From an uncultured bacterium (GTDB taxonomy: Bacteria; Omnitrophota; Gorgyraeia; Ghiorseimicrobiales; Ghiorseimicrobiaceae): a DNA stretch of 64,000 nucleotides. The notes beneath the pieces were generated by a model, which searched no databases, was not told where the DNA came from, and saw only the letters and a list, made by a program, of their open reading frames with translations. Shown piece by piece: positions 28,338-37,626 of the stretch. The stretch covers positions 2,349 to 66,348 of the forward strand of contig CAJVXN010000004.1 in NCBI GenBank assembly GCA_913009335.1. Reading direction: 5' to 3'. A program made the position numbers and the translations under genes. The stretch's first letter is position 1; each line of letters begins with the position of its first letter.

Positions 28338-29320
28338 GAGCTTTCTGTGTAATAAACGTTAGAATAAAGATCCTTACTATTAGGAAAATCGCTATTTTTT
28401 GCAAATCTTACAGCACTATCTATTTCTTCCTCAATCTTAGAACGAATTATATTTAATTTTTCTCTTGTTGCTATTTTATTTTTTAAAATATAATTCTCTA
28501 TTCTCTTGACAGGACATCGCTTCATCCAAGACTCAAGCTCAACGAGCGGACGGCATCCTTTATCAAAATCACAATCCGGTCCTACATGAGCTTTCCAGCG
28601 ATAGGTTCTACATTCAAGAATAAACGGCCCTGAGCCATGACGTATTTTTTTAATTAGTTTAGATGCTTTATCTATCATACTAATTGCATCGTTACCATCA
28701 CAACGTACACCCTTTATCCCGAATGCCTCTCCTCTCTTGTAAATGTTATCTAAAGGCTGCCTTGCCGAGAGCGGAGAATTTGTGGCATAAAAATTATTCT
28801 CGCAGACAAACAAAATAGGTAGTTTTTTTAGGGCGGCAAAGTTTAGGCTCTCATAAAAAACACCCTGCTCTACAGCACCGTCTCCGAAAAAAACAACCGC
28901 GATATTTTTGGTTTTTTTAAGTTTTAAACTTAAAGCAGCTCCTGTTGCCAACGGTATCCCCCCGCCGACAATAGCAGACGTAGCAAAGATCCCGCGCTCA
29001 GGACTTACCAGATGCATAGACCCACCCTTACCACTGCAACAACCTGTATCTTTACCATAAAGCTCCGCCATTATTGATTGAAGCTCTAATCCTTTAGCGA
29101 TACAATGCCCATGAGACCGATGATTACTAAAAACAATGTCTTCTTTTTTTAAATAATAGCAAACACTACTTGCTATTGCTTCCTGACCGATACACAGATG
29201 AACCGGCGTCTTAATCTCCTGCTCAGGATAGAGCATGACAATCCTCTCTTCAAAGAGGCGTATCTTCTGCATTATAAAATAGACATTTAGTAAATCGCTA
29301 TTTTTAATTTTTCCTGCCAC
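28319..29320 (-). CDS. Thiamine-diphosphate-dependent 2-oxoacid dehydrogenase E1 component, alpha subunit
   Basis: 333 aa. TPP-binding motif GDGAVEQGVFYESLNFAALKKLPILFVCENNFYA. Confidence 0.8.
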   Translation of the reverse strand: MAGKIKNSDLLNVYFIMQKIRLFEERIVMLYPEQEIKTPVHLCIGQEAIASSVCYYLKKEDIVFSNHRSHGHCIAKGLELQSIMAELYGKDTGCCSGKGGSMHLVSPERGIFATSAIVGGGIPLATGAALSLKLKKTKNIAVVFFGDGAVEQGVFYESLNFAALKKLPILFVCENNFYATNSPLSARQPLDNIYKRGEAFGIKGVRCDGNDAISMIDKASKLIKKIRHGSGPFILECRTYRWKAHVGPDCDFDKGCRPLVELESWMKRCPVKRIENYILKNKIATREKLNIIRSKIEEEIDSAVRFAKNSDFPNSKDLYSNVYYTESSCPGQK

Positions 29321-29349
29321 GAAAAACTCCTTAGAACTTAACGGCTATA

Positions 29350-30420
29350 TTATATAAAATTAACATGCGCTCCCGGATTTTTTAATTCCCAGAGGTAACT
29401 ATTGATCTTATCCAAGCGGCAGACATCTCTGCAACGAGAAGTATCTAATTTTAAAGCTGCTACTCTTATAATTTCTCTTCTTCGTCTACCCCCGATTATA
29501 TTATTAAAATCAGTTCGATAAATATTACCGGAGCAAAATTCTTTTTTCCCTAAAAAAGTACTACAGGCATAGACATCCCCGCAAGCACTAATATATGCCC
29601 AAAACGGCAGACCGAGACAATGCTTATAATCTTTATCACTATCCAATCTTTGCATTGTCTGAGATCTAAAAATAATCCTAAATTTATCACTCTGAATTTT
29701 ATTTAATTTAGCACTCATAACAGAATAATTCTTATATTCCAAAACAGGTTTAATATGTGTAATGCTTAAAGGGTGCTGCGAATATGGCTTGATTGTTAAA
29801 TAATCTACTCCGATATCTTTTAGTAATTTCGCTAATATAAAAACTTCCTTGATATTTTCCTTAAGAAGTAATAATTGTACGCCTATTGTAACGGCTAGCT
29901 TATATCTATTTTTAATTTTTACCGCAGCTTCTAAATTCTGCAATACTTCGCTAAAGTCATTTTTTCCGGTATTGTGAATCTTCGAATAAGTGCTACTGCG
30001 CCCCGCATTCAAACTTACCCTAACCCAACTTAAAGACTTTAATATTTCTTTAGATAGATCACGTTTTAACAAGACACCGTTAGTAGTAACTGCGACGTCG
30101 ATTCCGCACCCTTTTGTATAACTGATAATTTTAGCAATATCTTTATGCAATAGAGGCTCGCCTTCCCCGGCGTACATAATACTCTTAACGCCTAAGATAC
30201 CAGCTTGCTTAACCGCAGACTTTAATACTTTTTCCTCTAAAAATTTGGGTTTATAGTCCAAATAGTCAAGCGCGCAAAATATGCATCTATGGTTGCAAGT
30301 TCCCGAAGGAGCAATCTCCAAATATATCGGGCAAATTATTTTTCCCTTCAACCAATCACTTACTCTATCTACATGCAGCATTAACTTATGACTATCTATT
30401 CTAAAATTATTCTTCATCAC
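29350..30420 (-). CDS. Radical SAM/SPASM-domain enzyme, paralog of 25395-26498
   Basis: CNHRCIFC cluster, YAGEGEPLL, and a C-terminal SPASM-like CSGNIYRTDFNNI...CRDVCRLDKINSYLWEL. Confidence 0.75.
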   Translation of the reverse strand: MMKNNFRIDSHKLMLHVDRVSDWLKGKIICPIYLEIAPSGTCNHRCIFCALDYLDYKPKFLEEKVLKSAVKQAGILGVKSIMYAGEGEPLLHKDIAKIISYTKGCGIDVAVTTNGVLLKRDLSKEILKSLSWVRVSLNAGRSSTYSKIHNTGKNDFSEVLQNLEAAVKIKNRYKLAVTIGVQLLLLKENIKEVFILAKLLKDIGVDYLTIKPYSQHPLSITHIKPVLEYKNYSVMSAKLNKIQSDKFRIIFRSQTMQRLDSDKDYKHCLGLPFWAYISACGDVYACSTFLGKKEFCSGNIYRTDFNNIIGGRRRREIIRVAALKLDTSRCRDVCRLDKINSYLWELKNPGAHVNFI

Positions 30421-31358
30421 CGCTTTTCCTTAACAGGTAATAAATCAACAACAGCATCTCTAATCTCACTAGGACTAATAAGCTCCATGCATTGCTTCTT
30501 CTGCTTGCAGGTAGAATTAAGGCAAGGAACACATTTATAATTAACTCTTGGAATAATCTTGACTCCCCGCTTATAAAGGAATACTTCCTTAGACGATGTC
30601 GGGCCGAAAAGAACAATAATTTTTTTCTTAAGAGCTACCGCCAAATGCATGCCCAAGCTATCATTAGTTATAATAAGGCGGCATGACTTAATCCAATCTA
30701 TATATTCATATAGATTATTTAAGCCTTTTTGCCAGGAAATAGCATACCCCTTCTTTAAACTCCGCTCTAAGTCTTTCCAGTACTTTTTGGGCCATGATTT
30801 ATTAGGCCATTTATCGCCAACAGCCCAATTAAACCCGATATCATATTTTACAGCAGATTTAGACTTATACCCAAGGATATACTCGTCTCTTTCTTTCCAT
30901 TTTTTATCGATCATCGAAGCTAATGCATCTTGCCAAAATTTAAAGTTCTCTTTTTTCTCCTGAAGATCCAAACATAAACTTAAAACTTTTTCTGCCCCAT
31001 CATAAGCCTGAGCAATACCTTTATCGGCATCAAATCGAAAACCAAATCTTCTCCAGGCATTAATAGAATCTGAAAATGCGCAAATTCCCGGCCCTTTTTC
31101 CAGGTTAATAACCGTATCAAAGCGCTCCCGCTGTAATTGCAAAACTGACTCCAGATTAAAAACTAAAATACGCTGAATAAACGGATTGTTTTCCAGGAGA
31201 GCATAAGCCTTTTCATCTACAAGCCAGCTAACTTTATCGGACTTAAAATAATTCAAAATTACCGTTGTCCGTAAAACATCTCCCAGGCTCGTTGTTGCGC
31301 CTATGTCTCCATCCAGTGTCTCTGAATAGCCTAACTTTATAATCAAAACCTTTGCCAT
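30417..31358 (-). CDS. Glycosyltransferase family 9 (heptosyltransferase-like)
   Basis: 313 aa. C-terminal GT-B motif SLGMHLAVALKKKIIVLFGPTS is typical of ADP-heptose:LPS heptosyltransferases. Confidence 0.75.
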   Translation of the reverse strand: MAKVLIIKLGYSETLDGDIGATTSLGDVLRTTVILNYFKSDKVSWLVDEKAYALLENNPFIQRILVFNLESVLQLQRERFDTVINLEKGPGICAFSDSINAWRRFGFRFDADKGIAQAYDGAEKVLSLCLDLQEKKENFKFWQDALASMIDKKWKERDEYILGYKSKSAVKYDIGFNWAVGDKWPNKSWPKKYWKDLERSLKKGYAISWQKGLNNLYEYIDWIKSCRLIITNDSLGMHLAVALKKKIIVLFGPTSSKEVFLYKRGVKIIPRVNYKCVPCLNSTCKQKKQCMELISPSEIRDAVVDLLPVKEKR

Positions 31359-31400
31359 GCCTCACCTCGATTCTAAAAATACTACCTCGCATAAACCCGA

Positions 31401-33353
31401 CTAATCAATTTTAATATTCCCTAAGATTACCCGACCAAGATTATCTATTGTTTTAGCATCCAAAACTGGCAATACTGCTCTATTCGCTAATGCAAACAAC
31501 CCTACTCTTATCCGATATTCTCCGCTCTTTAAACCAGAAGGAAGGGAAATATAATAATGTTCTCTGATAACTTGTTGTTCTGGCATATCTTTAGACGGAT
31601 AAACTCCATAAGCAAATGTATGTGTTTTCGTAAAACTCAGATTACCATTTGCATCTAAAAAATGTATAAAAAAACCTAATTCTCCGGGCCCTATTTTTAT
31701 AGATTCCCAATAATAAGCAAAATGCAAAATCCTATCACCATCCATATTCATCTCATCAACATCATACCCTAAAAAAGTAAGCTGGCCCGCTATATTAACA
31801 TGCATGGGATTATCAATATCTTCCTCGCTTGCCATTTCAACCAATTTATGTCCGGAAGGATAATTTTTTTTAAATAATATAATATCATCAACAGCCCCCA
31901 TAACCTTCCAGCCCCCATCCTCTAAAAAAGAACGAATATTATCCGGGGCTTGCGTCGGGAAGAAAGAATTACGCATCAGGGGCTCATTAAAATCTATTAA
32001 AGCATATTCTAAGCCTGAAGGGGGCTGATAAGCTACATTCGTATACATTCTAAATCCTGTTGAAACCAAATGCATTGACGATAAATCATGTCGATGAGCC
32101 AGTTGTGGTAAAAACTGAAAAGTTGAAATAACAGACGCCTCCCGGGGAATCATCTCAATCAACTTTTTCTTTTGCCGCGCTAAATCATTAATCTGATATC
32201 TCTTTATATAGTTGAGGAAATAAAACTGCGGCGCTTTTAAAGAAATACTAAAGCTTGCGCAGATTACAACAAATACAAAAAGCAGTAAAATGCGATATTT
32301 ATAAACTCTATTATAATTCAACAGCCTCTTAAATGCAAATACTACAGATACGAATATAAAAGGGATAATTAAGGCAGTGTAGTGATAATAAATTTTTGTA
32401 TGTGTCGCAACCGATGATAACAAATTTTGCAAAAAAACAGGGAAAGCAATCAATAAAACCGCGGGGCTTAAAAACCCGATAAAACCTGCGGGTGAAAATA
32501 AATCATATATATAAAATAGCTTTTCTGCAGTAAAGGCATACCTAATAGTTAATACAGGATGCATAATTATTGTTTTTGCCATATCAAAAATATTATCCCC
32601 AAGGTGCCGATAGTACGCAGTAAACATAAATCCTTCATTATACAATTTTGCATCCTTGGCAAAATAAGGTATGATAATTTTTACTGCCGTAAAAAACCAA
32701 ACAACGCCTAATATTAACGGTGTCAAAATCCACCTTTTTGATCTTTTTCGAATAAAGGCGTAGATACCAAACATAAAAACAACAAAACTGACATTTTCCT
32801 TACAACTCAAGGCCAATAAGATAAATATTAAAAATTTACTGAATTTCTCCTTCTCAAAATAATATAACGCAAAAAAAAGGAAGAATATCACATATATTTC
32901 AAAATGTGATTCAAAAAGATTCATAAAACCTACCGGTGGATATAATAGATAGACCAGACTTATCATCAAAGCGAAAACTCTATTTAATTTCGATTTAGCC
33001 AAGAGATACAAAGGATACGCCGCCAGGCCTAAGAATAAACTTTGTAAAAACAGAATTGCTAATGGATGCTGAAAAATCATATAGACGGGAATAAGCAGGA
33101 GAATGATCAAATAAATGTGAGCGCCGAAAATGCTTTGCTCGAGAAAAGGATAATAAAATATTTTACCATGAATGCTATTCCAAAGTACGGATATATCACT
33201 GGCAAAATCCCAATCATAATAACCAAAAGAATAATATTTCAAGAAAGAAAGATAGCTGAAAATAATAGCGTACAAACTTATAAATACCCAGATTATTTTA
33301 TCGGCAAACCTCTCACAAAACTTATCAACTATCTTCACGAATTTCTTCTCCAT
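31401..33353 (-). CDS. Large polytopic membrane protein, DUF2079-like (putative GT-C fold glycosyltransferase) with a C-terminal soluble domain
   Basis: 650 aa, about 12 TM helices and an early YYDWDF motif. The soluble C-terminal region is about 230 aa. Confidence 0.55.
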   Translation of the reverse strand: MEKKFVKIVDKFCERFADKIIWVFISLYAIIFSYLSFLKYYSFGYYDWDFASDISVLWNSIHGKIFYYPFLEQSIFGAHIYLIILLLIPVYMIFQHPLAILFLQSLFLGLAAYPLYLLAKSKLNRVFALMISLVYLLYPPVGFMNLFESHFEIYVIFFLFFALYYFEKEKFSKFLIFILLALSCKENVSFVVFMFGIYAFIRKRSKRWILTPLILGVVWFFTAVKIIIPYFAKDAKLYNEGFMFTAYYRHLGDNIFDMAKTIIMHPVLTIRYAFTAEKLFYIYDLFSPAGFIGFLSPAVLLIAFPVFLQNLLSSVATHTKIYYHYTALIIPFIFVSVVFAFKRLLNYNRVYKYRILLLFVFVVICASFSISLKAPQFYFLNYIKRYQINDLARQKKKLIEMIPREASVISTFQFLPQLAHRHDLSSMHLVSTGFRMYTNVAYQPPSGLEYALIDFNEPLMRNSFFPTQAPDNIRSFLEDGGWKVMGAVDDIILFKKNYPSGHKLVEMASEEDIDNPMHVNIAGQLTFLGYDVDEMNMDGDRILHFAYYWESIKIGPGELGFFIHFLDANGNLSFTKTHTFAYGVYPSKDMPEQQVIREHYYISLPSGLKSGEYRIRVGLFALANRAVLPVLDAKTIDNLGRVILGNIKID

Positions 33354-35587
33354 CTAAATACCCAATAGCTAAATATTGTAGCCGAACCTAAAAGACCCGC
33401 CAAAAGACAAAACAGGCCAAATTTATAAAATCTTGGATCATATACAAAACGCACTATATGGCTGCCCTTATCAATAATGACGGATTTAAAAGCAATATTA
33501 GTCTTATATACCTTCCCCTCGTTTCCGTCAATAAATACCCGCCAGCCCTTATCAAAACCATCACTATAATAAAGAAAGCTATCTTCATCCGCATAAACAT
33601 CTATAACTATTTCATTAGGATTAAACGTTGTTACCTCAATCTTGCCGCCTGGGGCACCTCTACTATCTAAACTACCAAAATCTCTTTTTAAGTGAGCGTA
33701 TTTAAACGGTATGGCTTCTTCAATAAATACGACGTCCTTTAAGGTATTTGCATCCATCCCCTGTAACTCTTCAATTATTTTATTAGGAGAGGTAACTATA
33801 GCACTACGGACAAGACGGAGTTTAGGAACAGATATACCCATAATAATATCTTTGACCTCACCTGAGACCCGTGAGCTGTTTATAAATGTATAAAAATCTT
33901 TCATTTCATAAAAATGCGTTGACCTCCGGGGAATCCTAATGCTATAGGCATTAAATATCTTACGCATTGCCGGGCCAAAGGCATAGGGATACGGTTTCGG
34001 AAAAAACTCTGGTAAACGGTAATCTTCATAAGCTATCTTACTGTTCGAAGGGAAAGCCGTATAATCGCGAGGCATAGTTGTAAATTTATAAATGGTATGA
34101 TTAACCATAAGCAAATCAATAAGGATAAAAAATATTATTACAAAATATTTAATATTTATATTAATCCGCGGCCTTGTTAATAGCGGGAAGATAATAACAG
34201 TCCCAACAACGAATATAAGAATATTGAGCGCTGAACGAAAATAGATAGTGAAAAATGTATGGATCGACCCCTTAATAAAAAACATAGAATTGCTGGCAGA
34301 AAGAGAGCATATTTTAAGCAAAGGCAAAAAGATGTTAAAAAGATGGTTATTTATCAATAAAGACAAAAGACAGATGAAACTGACAGAAAAAATAATCGGC
34401 ATTTTATAAAATCCGATTTTAGACGTATGCAGCCAATCCATTACTACATCCGCACCAATACAGGTAAAAAAAACTAAGCAAAAAATATAAAACACGCCAA
34501 AGGTATGCATATTCCTGATTATGGAAAAGAAGGGGAAAAACTTAGTGAATAATTGATATACAGGATATCCATCTCCCAACATCAATAATTCAATAATGAT
34601 AGCTGTAAATAGAAAACCTAATTTATATTTGTGCCGGGAAAAACATAATCCAATAATAGCGAATAACAAAGGGATTAAACCGATATATAAGAAAGATTCG
34701 GACATAGAATACCAGTTAGAAAAATGCAACATAAAAGAATAAGGAACTAATAAACTGAAGAAATCAGTAGGAAGTGAATATGCCCCCGAAGGAATTTCAA
34801 AAATTCGTACTACTGGAATAACATTATGCGTATATGTTAAATAGACAGGCAGTAATCTTATCGTCAAAAGAATAAATATAAAAAATCCTCCAAGGCAAAC
34901 CTTATAATTCTTAAGAAACATAGTAAATTTTGGCGCGGGCAGTGCGCGGGATAAAAAGATGCACATTAAAAGAACGCTAACAGAAGAAATAATGAACATT
35001 GCATGATAGGAAGGAAGCGCTACTCCTAAGAGAAAAACCGTACTCAAAAAAAATTTTGGTTTTTGCTGTTCTAAGAATTTCAGGATAGACAATAAAATCA
35101 GCGGCATAAGATAAAATGCTAAAATGAAGGCATGCTGCTTTAAATATGAAACAGCCAAAGATGAAAAAGATAGACTTATAAAAGCGATAAAAGCGCTAAT
35201 TTTATATTTTGCCACATGCCTAAAAAATAAATAGCCACCGCATATAAAAATTATATACCGCAACAATAAATCATAGTGATAAAGAACAAGGGTATCAATT
35301 TTTACGAATTTTCCTATAAAGATTAAAAAAAGTGTTGTTATATCTAAAAGATGCAATATGTTAATATTTAAAAAAAATATCTCTCCGCAGTTCATAAAAG
35401 GATTCCAAAGAGGCAAGAAACCCTGATGTAAGCAATCTACAAAATATGAAAATATCCCATACCAAATAATACTATCATGACTAACCATTAACTTGTTAGT
35501 CACCCATAACTGCCGTTGTGCAATAATCAATACAACAATAACAGCGACAACTCCAAAGACTTCCTTAAGTTTTTTATTAATTATCAT
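33335..35587 (-). CDS. YfhO-family polytopic membrane protein (GT-C-like glycosyltransferase)
   Basis: 750 aa, more than 12 TM helices. The C-terminal beta-rich domain ending GWRVFIDGNEGKVYKTNIAFKSVIIDKGSHIVRFVYDP matches the YfhO C-terminal signature. Confidence 0.65.
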   Translation of the reverse strand: MIINKKLKEVFGVVAVIVVLIIAQRQLWVTNKLMVSHDSIIWYGIFSYFVDCLHQGFLPLWNPFMNCGEIFFLNINILHLLDITTLFLIFIGKFVKIDTLVLYHYDLLLRYIIFICGGYLFFRHVAKYKISAFIAFISLSFSSLAVSYLKQHAFILAFYLMPLILLSILKFLEQQKPKFFLSTVFLLGVALPSYHAMFIISSVSVLLMCIFLSRALPAPKFTMFLKNYKVCLGGFFIFILLTIRLLPVYLTYTHNVIPVVRIFEIPSGAYSLPTDFFSLLVPYSFMLHFSNWYSMSESFLYIGLIPLLFAIIGLCFSRHKYKLGFLFTAIIIELLMLGDGYPVYQLFTKFFPFFSIIRNMHTFGVFYIFCLVFFTCIGADVVMDWLHTSKIGFYKMPIIFSVSFICLLSLLINNHLFNIFLPLLKICSLSASNSMFFIKGSIHTFFTIYFRSALNILIFVVGTVIIFPLLTRPRININIKYFVIIFFILIDLLMVNHTIYKFTTMPRDYTAFPSNSKIAYEDYRLPEFFPKPYPYAFGPAMRKIFNAYSIRIPRRSTHFYEMKDFYTFINSSRVSGEVKDIIMGISVPKLRLVRSAIVTSPNKIIEELQGMDANTLKDVVFIEEAIPFKYAHLKRDFGSLDSRGAPGGKIEVTTFNPNEIVIDVYADEDSFLYYSDGFDKGWRVFIDGNEGKVYKTNIAFKSVIIDKGSHIVRFVYDPRFYKFGLFCLLAGLLGSATIFSYWVFRWRRNS

Positions 35588-35589
35588 GG

Positions 35590-37050
35590 CTAAATGAATA
35601 CTCTAACTAAGGATGCTAGTAACCTAAATGCCAGTCGAGCAAGGCTGAACCATTCACCGGGTCTTAAATACCACCGGGGAGGAAGATAAAACCATCCGGC
35701 CGGACCTATTCTTTTAATCAAAAGTCTGAAAACTCTATTTGGCCTTAAAGAAAAAAATAAGTTAGCCTTAATTACATCATTTCTGAGCGTTTTTTCATCG
35801 CATGTTACAGGCACATAAGGTAATTTTGCTTCTGTGGAGGAATCCTGAACCAAGCTCGCGCAGGCATTTAAATTAGTCCATCCTTTTTCTATGAAAAGTC
35901 TGCCTTCTTCTTTTGCGATTTCGTACAATCTGGTGCCCGGATAAGGGGTAGCATTATTAAACCTGACATAATCCAAATCTAACTCTTTGGCTAATCTATA
36001 AGCGCTCCATCTTTCCTGCCTGGTCTCAGTAGGCAAGCCAAAGATAAAAGTACCCGATACGCCAAATCCGTGTTTTTTTGCCAGTTTTACCGCATCAATA
36101 TTTTGCTGGACAGTCTCTTTTTTATTCAATATAACCATTAATCGTTCCGATGCTGTCTCGAGTCCAAAATTGATTAATCTAAACCCGGCTTTTTTCAATA
36201 AAACAAGCACTTCATCATTAACAGCATCCGCTCTAGTCTGACAATCAAAAGTTGCCTTTTCATAAAATCTTTTTTTGATCATGCTTTCACATAACTCTTT
36301 AATCCTAGATTTATTAACCGTAAAATTATCATCAACAAAATTAATATGTGTCTGCTGGTATTTATCCAACAAAATGGTAATTCCATCGATTACGGTTTGT
36401 GTAGGTATATAGCGAAATTCCTGACCTGAAATACTCCTTTGACTGCAAAATATGCAATCATAAGGGCATCCGCGGGAACTGGACATAAAACCAAAATTAT
36501 ATTTATCTATATGCCGCTCAAATAAATGGTAAGGAAAAGGCGGAATTTTGCTTAAATCCGGAAGGCGCGCCGGAGGATTATGAACCACTTTTCCATTTTG
36601 CTTAAACGATATTCCGTTTATATTTGAATAATCACCTTTATTCTTAATCGCTTCGTAGAGTTCGGCAATAATCTCTTCACCTTCGCTCCTTACTAAAAAG
36701 TCGACGTCATTGCTTCCTAAAACTTCATTCGGTAAAACTGTAGGATGAATACCACCCAGAATAACCTTGGCCTCAGGATACATTTTTTTAACTAGCCCGG
36801 ATATCTCAAGACTCCTGCTAGCGCAGGCTGTAAGAGTAGAAATACCGACAACATAAGGTGCGGAAGATAATTTGAAAACCTCGCTTAATACTTTTTCTGA
36901 AATAGGCGTTATATGCTCATCGATAATTTCAACCTTCTCATTCTGACCCAATAGATAACCAGCTAAATAACCCATGCCAATCGGTACACTCAGGGGTACG
37001 TATTTCTCAAAAATACCAAATTTAGTTGATCTTGGATTTATTAAAATCAT
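35590..37050 (-). CDS. B12-binding-domain radical SAM enzyme (class B)
   Basis: 486 aa. N-terminal cobalamin-binding Rossmann region followed by SSSRGCPYDCIFCSQ (CxxxCxxC). Confidence 0.8.
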   Translation of the reverse strand: MILINPRSTKFGIFEKYVPLSVPIGMGYLAGYLLGQNEKVEIIDEHITPISEKVLSEVFKLSSAPYVVGISTLTACASRSLEISGLVKKMYPEAKVILGGIHPTVLPNEVLGSNDVDFLVRSEGEEIIAELYEAIKNKGDYSNINGISFKQNGKVVHNPPARLPDLSKIPPFPYHLFERHIDKYNFGFMSSSRGCPYDCIFCSQRSISGQEFRYIPTQTVIDGITILLDKYQQTHINFVDDNFTVNKSRIKELCESMIKKRFYEKATFDCQTRADAVNDEVLVLLKKAGFRLINFGLETASERLMVILNKKETVQQNIDAVKLAKKHGFGVSGTFIFGLPTETRQERWSAYRLAKELDLDYVRFNNATPYPGTRLYEIAKEEGRLFIEKGWTNLNACASLVQDSSTEAKLPYVPVTCDEKTLRNDVIKANLFFSLRPNRVFRLLIKRIGPAGWFYLPPRWYLRPGEWFSLARLAFRLLASLVRVFI

Positions 37051-37151
37051 AATAGCTAAAAAATATTATTATTCTCAAAACACAAATATGAATTTTTGCA
37101 AAATGAATCTTACCGGCCTAAACCTTGAGGTTTTTCCATGGTGAAATAAAG

Positions 37152-37190
37152 CCCCTGATCAGATAAACTTACAGGGGCTTTATTTAGTTC
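37152..37190 (-). terminator. Rho-independent terminator downstream of the Lys-rich small gene
   Basis: Stem AAAGCCCCTG/CAGGGGCTTT (10 bp), followed on the minus strand by TTTATTT. Confidence 0.5.
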
Positions 37191-37215
37191 CTGCAAATAA
37201 CAGAAAAACAAAGAC

Positions 37216-37467
37216 TTATCTTTTTTTCTTCTTCTTTTTCTTACCGCCTCTTACCATCTTGGCAGCGGAAATATCACCCTGTTTGTCAACAAAGTAAAGA
37301 TAACCCTTTTCCTTCTCTATACCTACCTTTGCAACAAGTGTAGGTTTACCGCCTTTTTTCTTACCACGAGCCATCTTTGCGCGGGATACATTACCTTTCT
37401 TATCCACAAAGTAAAGATAACCATCTTCTCTTTTTATTCCCACTTTCGCTACTTTCTTTTTCGCCAT
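37216..37467 (-). CDS. Small lysine-rich protein with an internal tandem duplication (two ~37 aa modules)
   Basis: VAKVGIKREDGYLYFVDKKGNVSRAKMARGKKKGG is repeated as VAKVGIEKEKGYLYFVDKQGDISAAKMVRGGKKKKKKKR. A strong RBS (GGGGAGGTG) lies upstream and the gene has its own terminator. Confidence 0.6.
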   Translation of the reverse strand: MAKKKVAKVGIKREDGYLYFVDKKGNVSRAKMARGKKKGGKPTLVAKVGIEKEKGYLYFVDKQGDISAAKMVRGGKKKKKKKR

Positions 37468-37626
37468 GCTTCTTCACCTCCCCTCAATGAGACCATAACT
37501 TACGTAGCTCAAGCGTTCGTAAGTTATCTGGTCGAATTGACCCCGAAGTTTAATCGAAAATTGTTGAAAAGAATTTTCGATTGCTTAAACAAGGGGTAAA
37601 TCACGCATATCAAACTAACCACCTAA

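Noticed and set aside
27300-29320. Annotating the E1 alpha/beta pair as pyruvate or branched-chain 2-oxoacid dehydrogenase
   Set aside because: No E2 (lipoyl acyltransferase) or E3 gene lies anywhere in the window. The pair is embedded among glycosyltransferases and rSAM enzymes. A sugar-modifying role is more consistent, so a specific substrate name is withheld.
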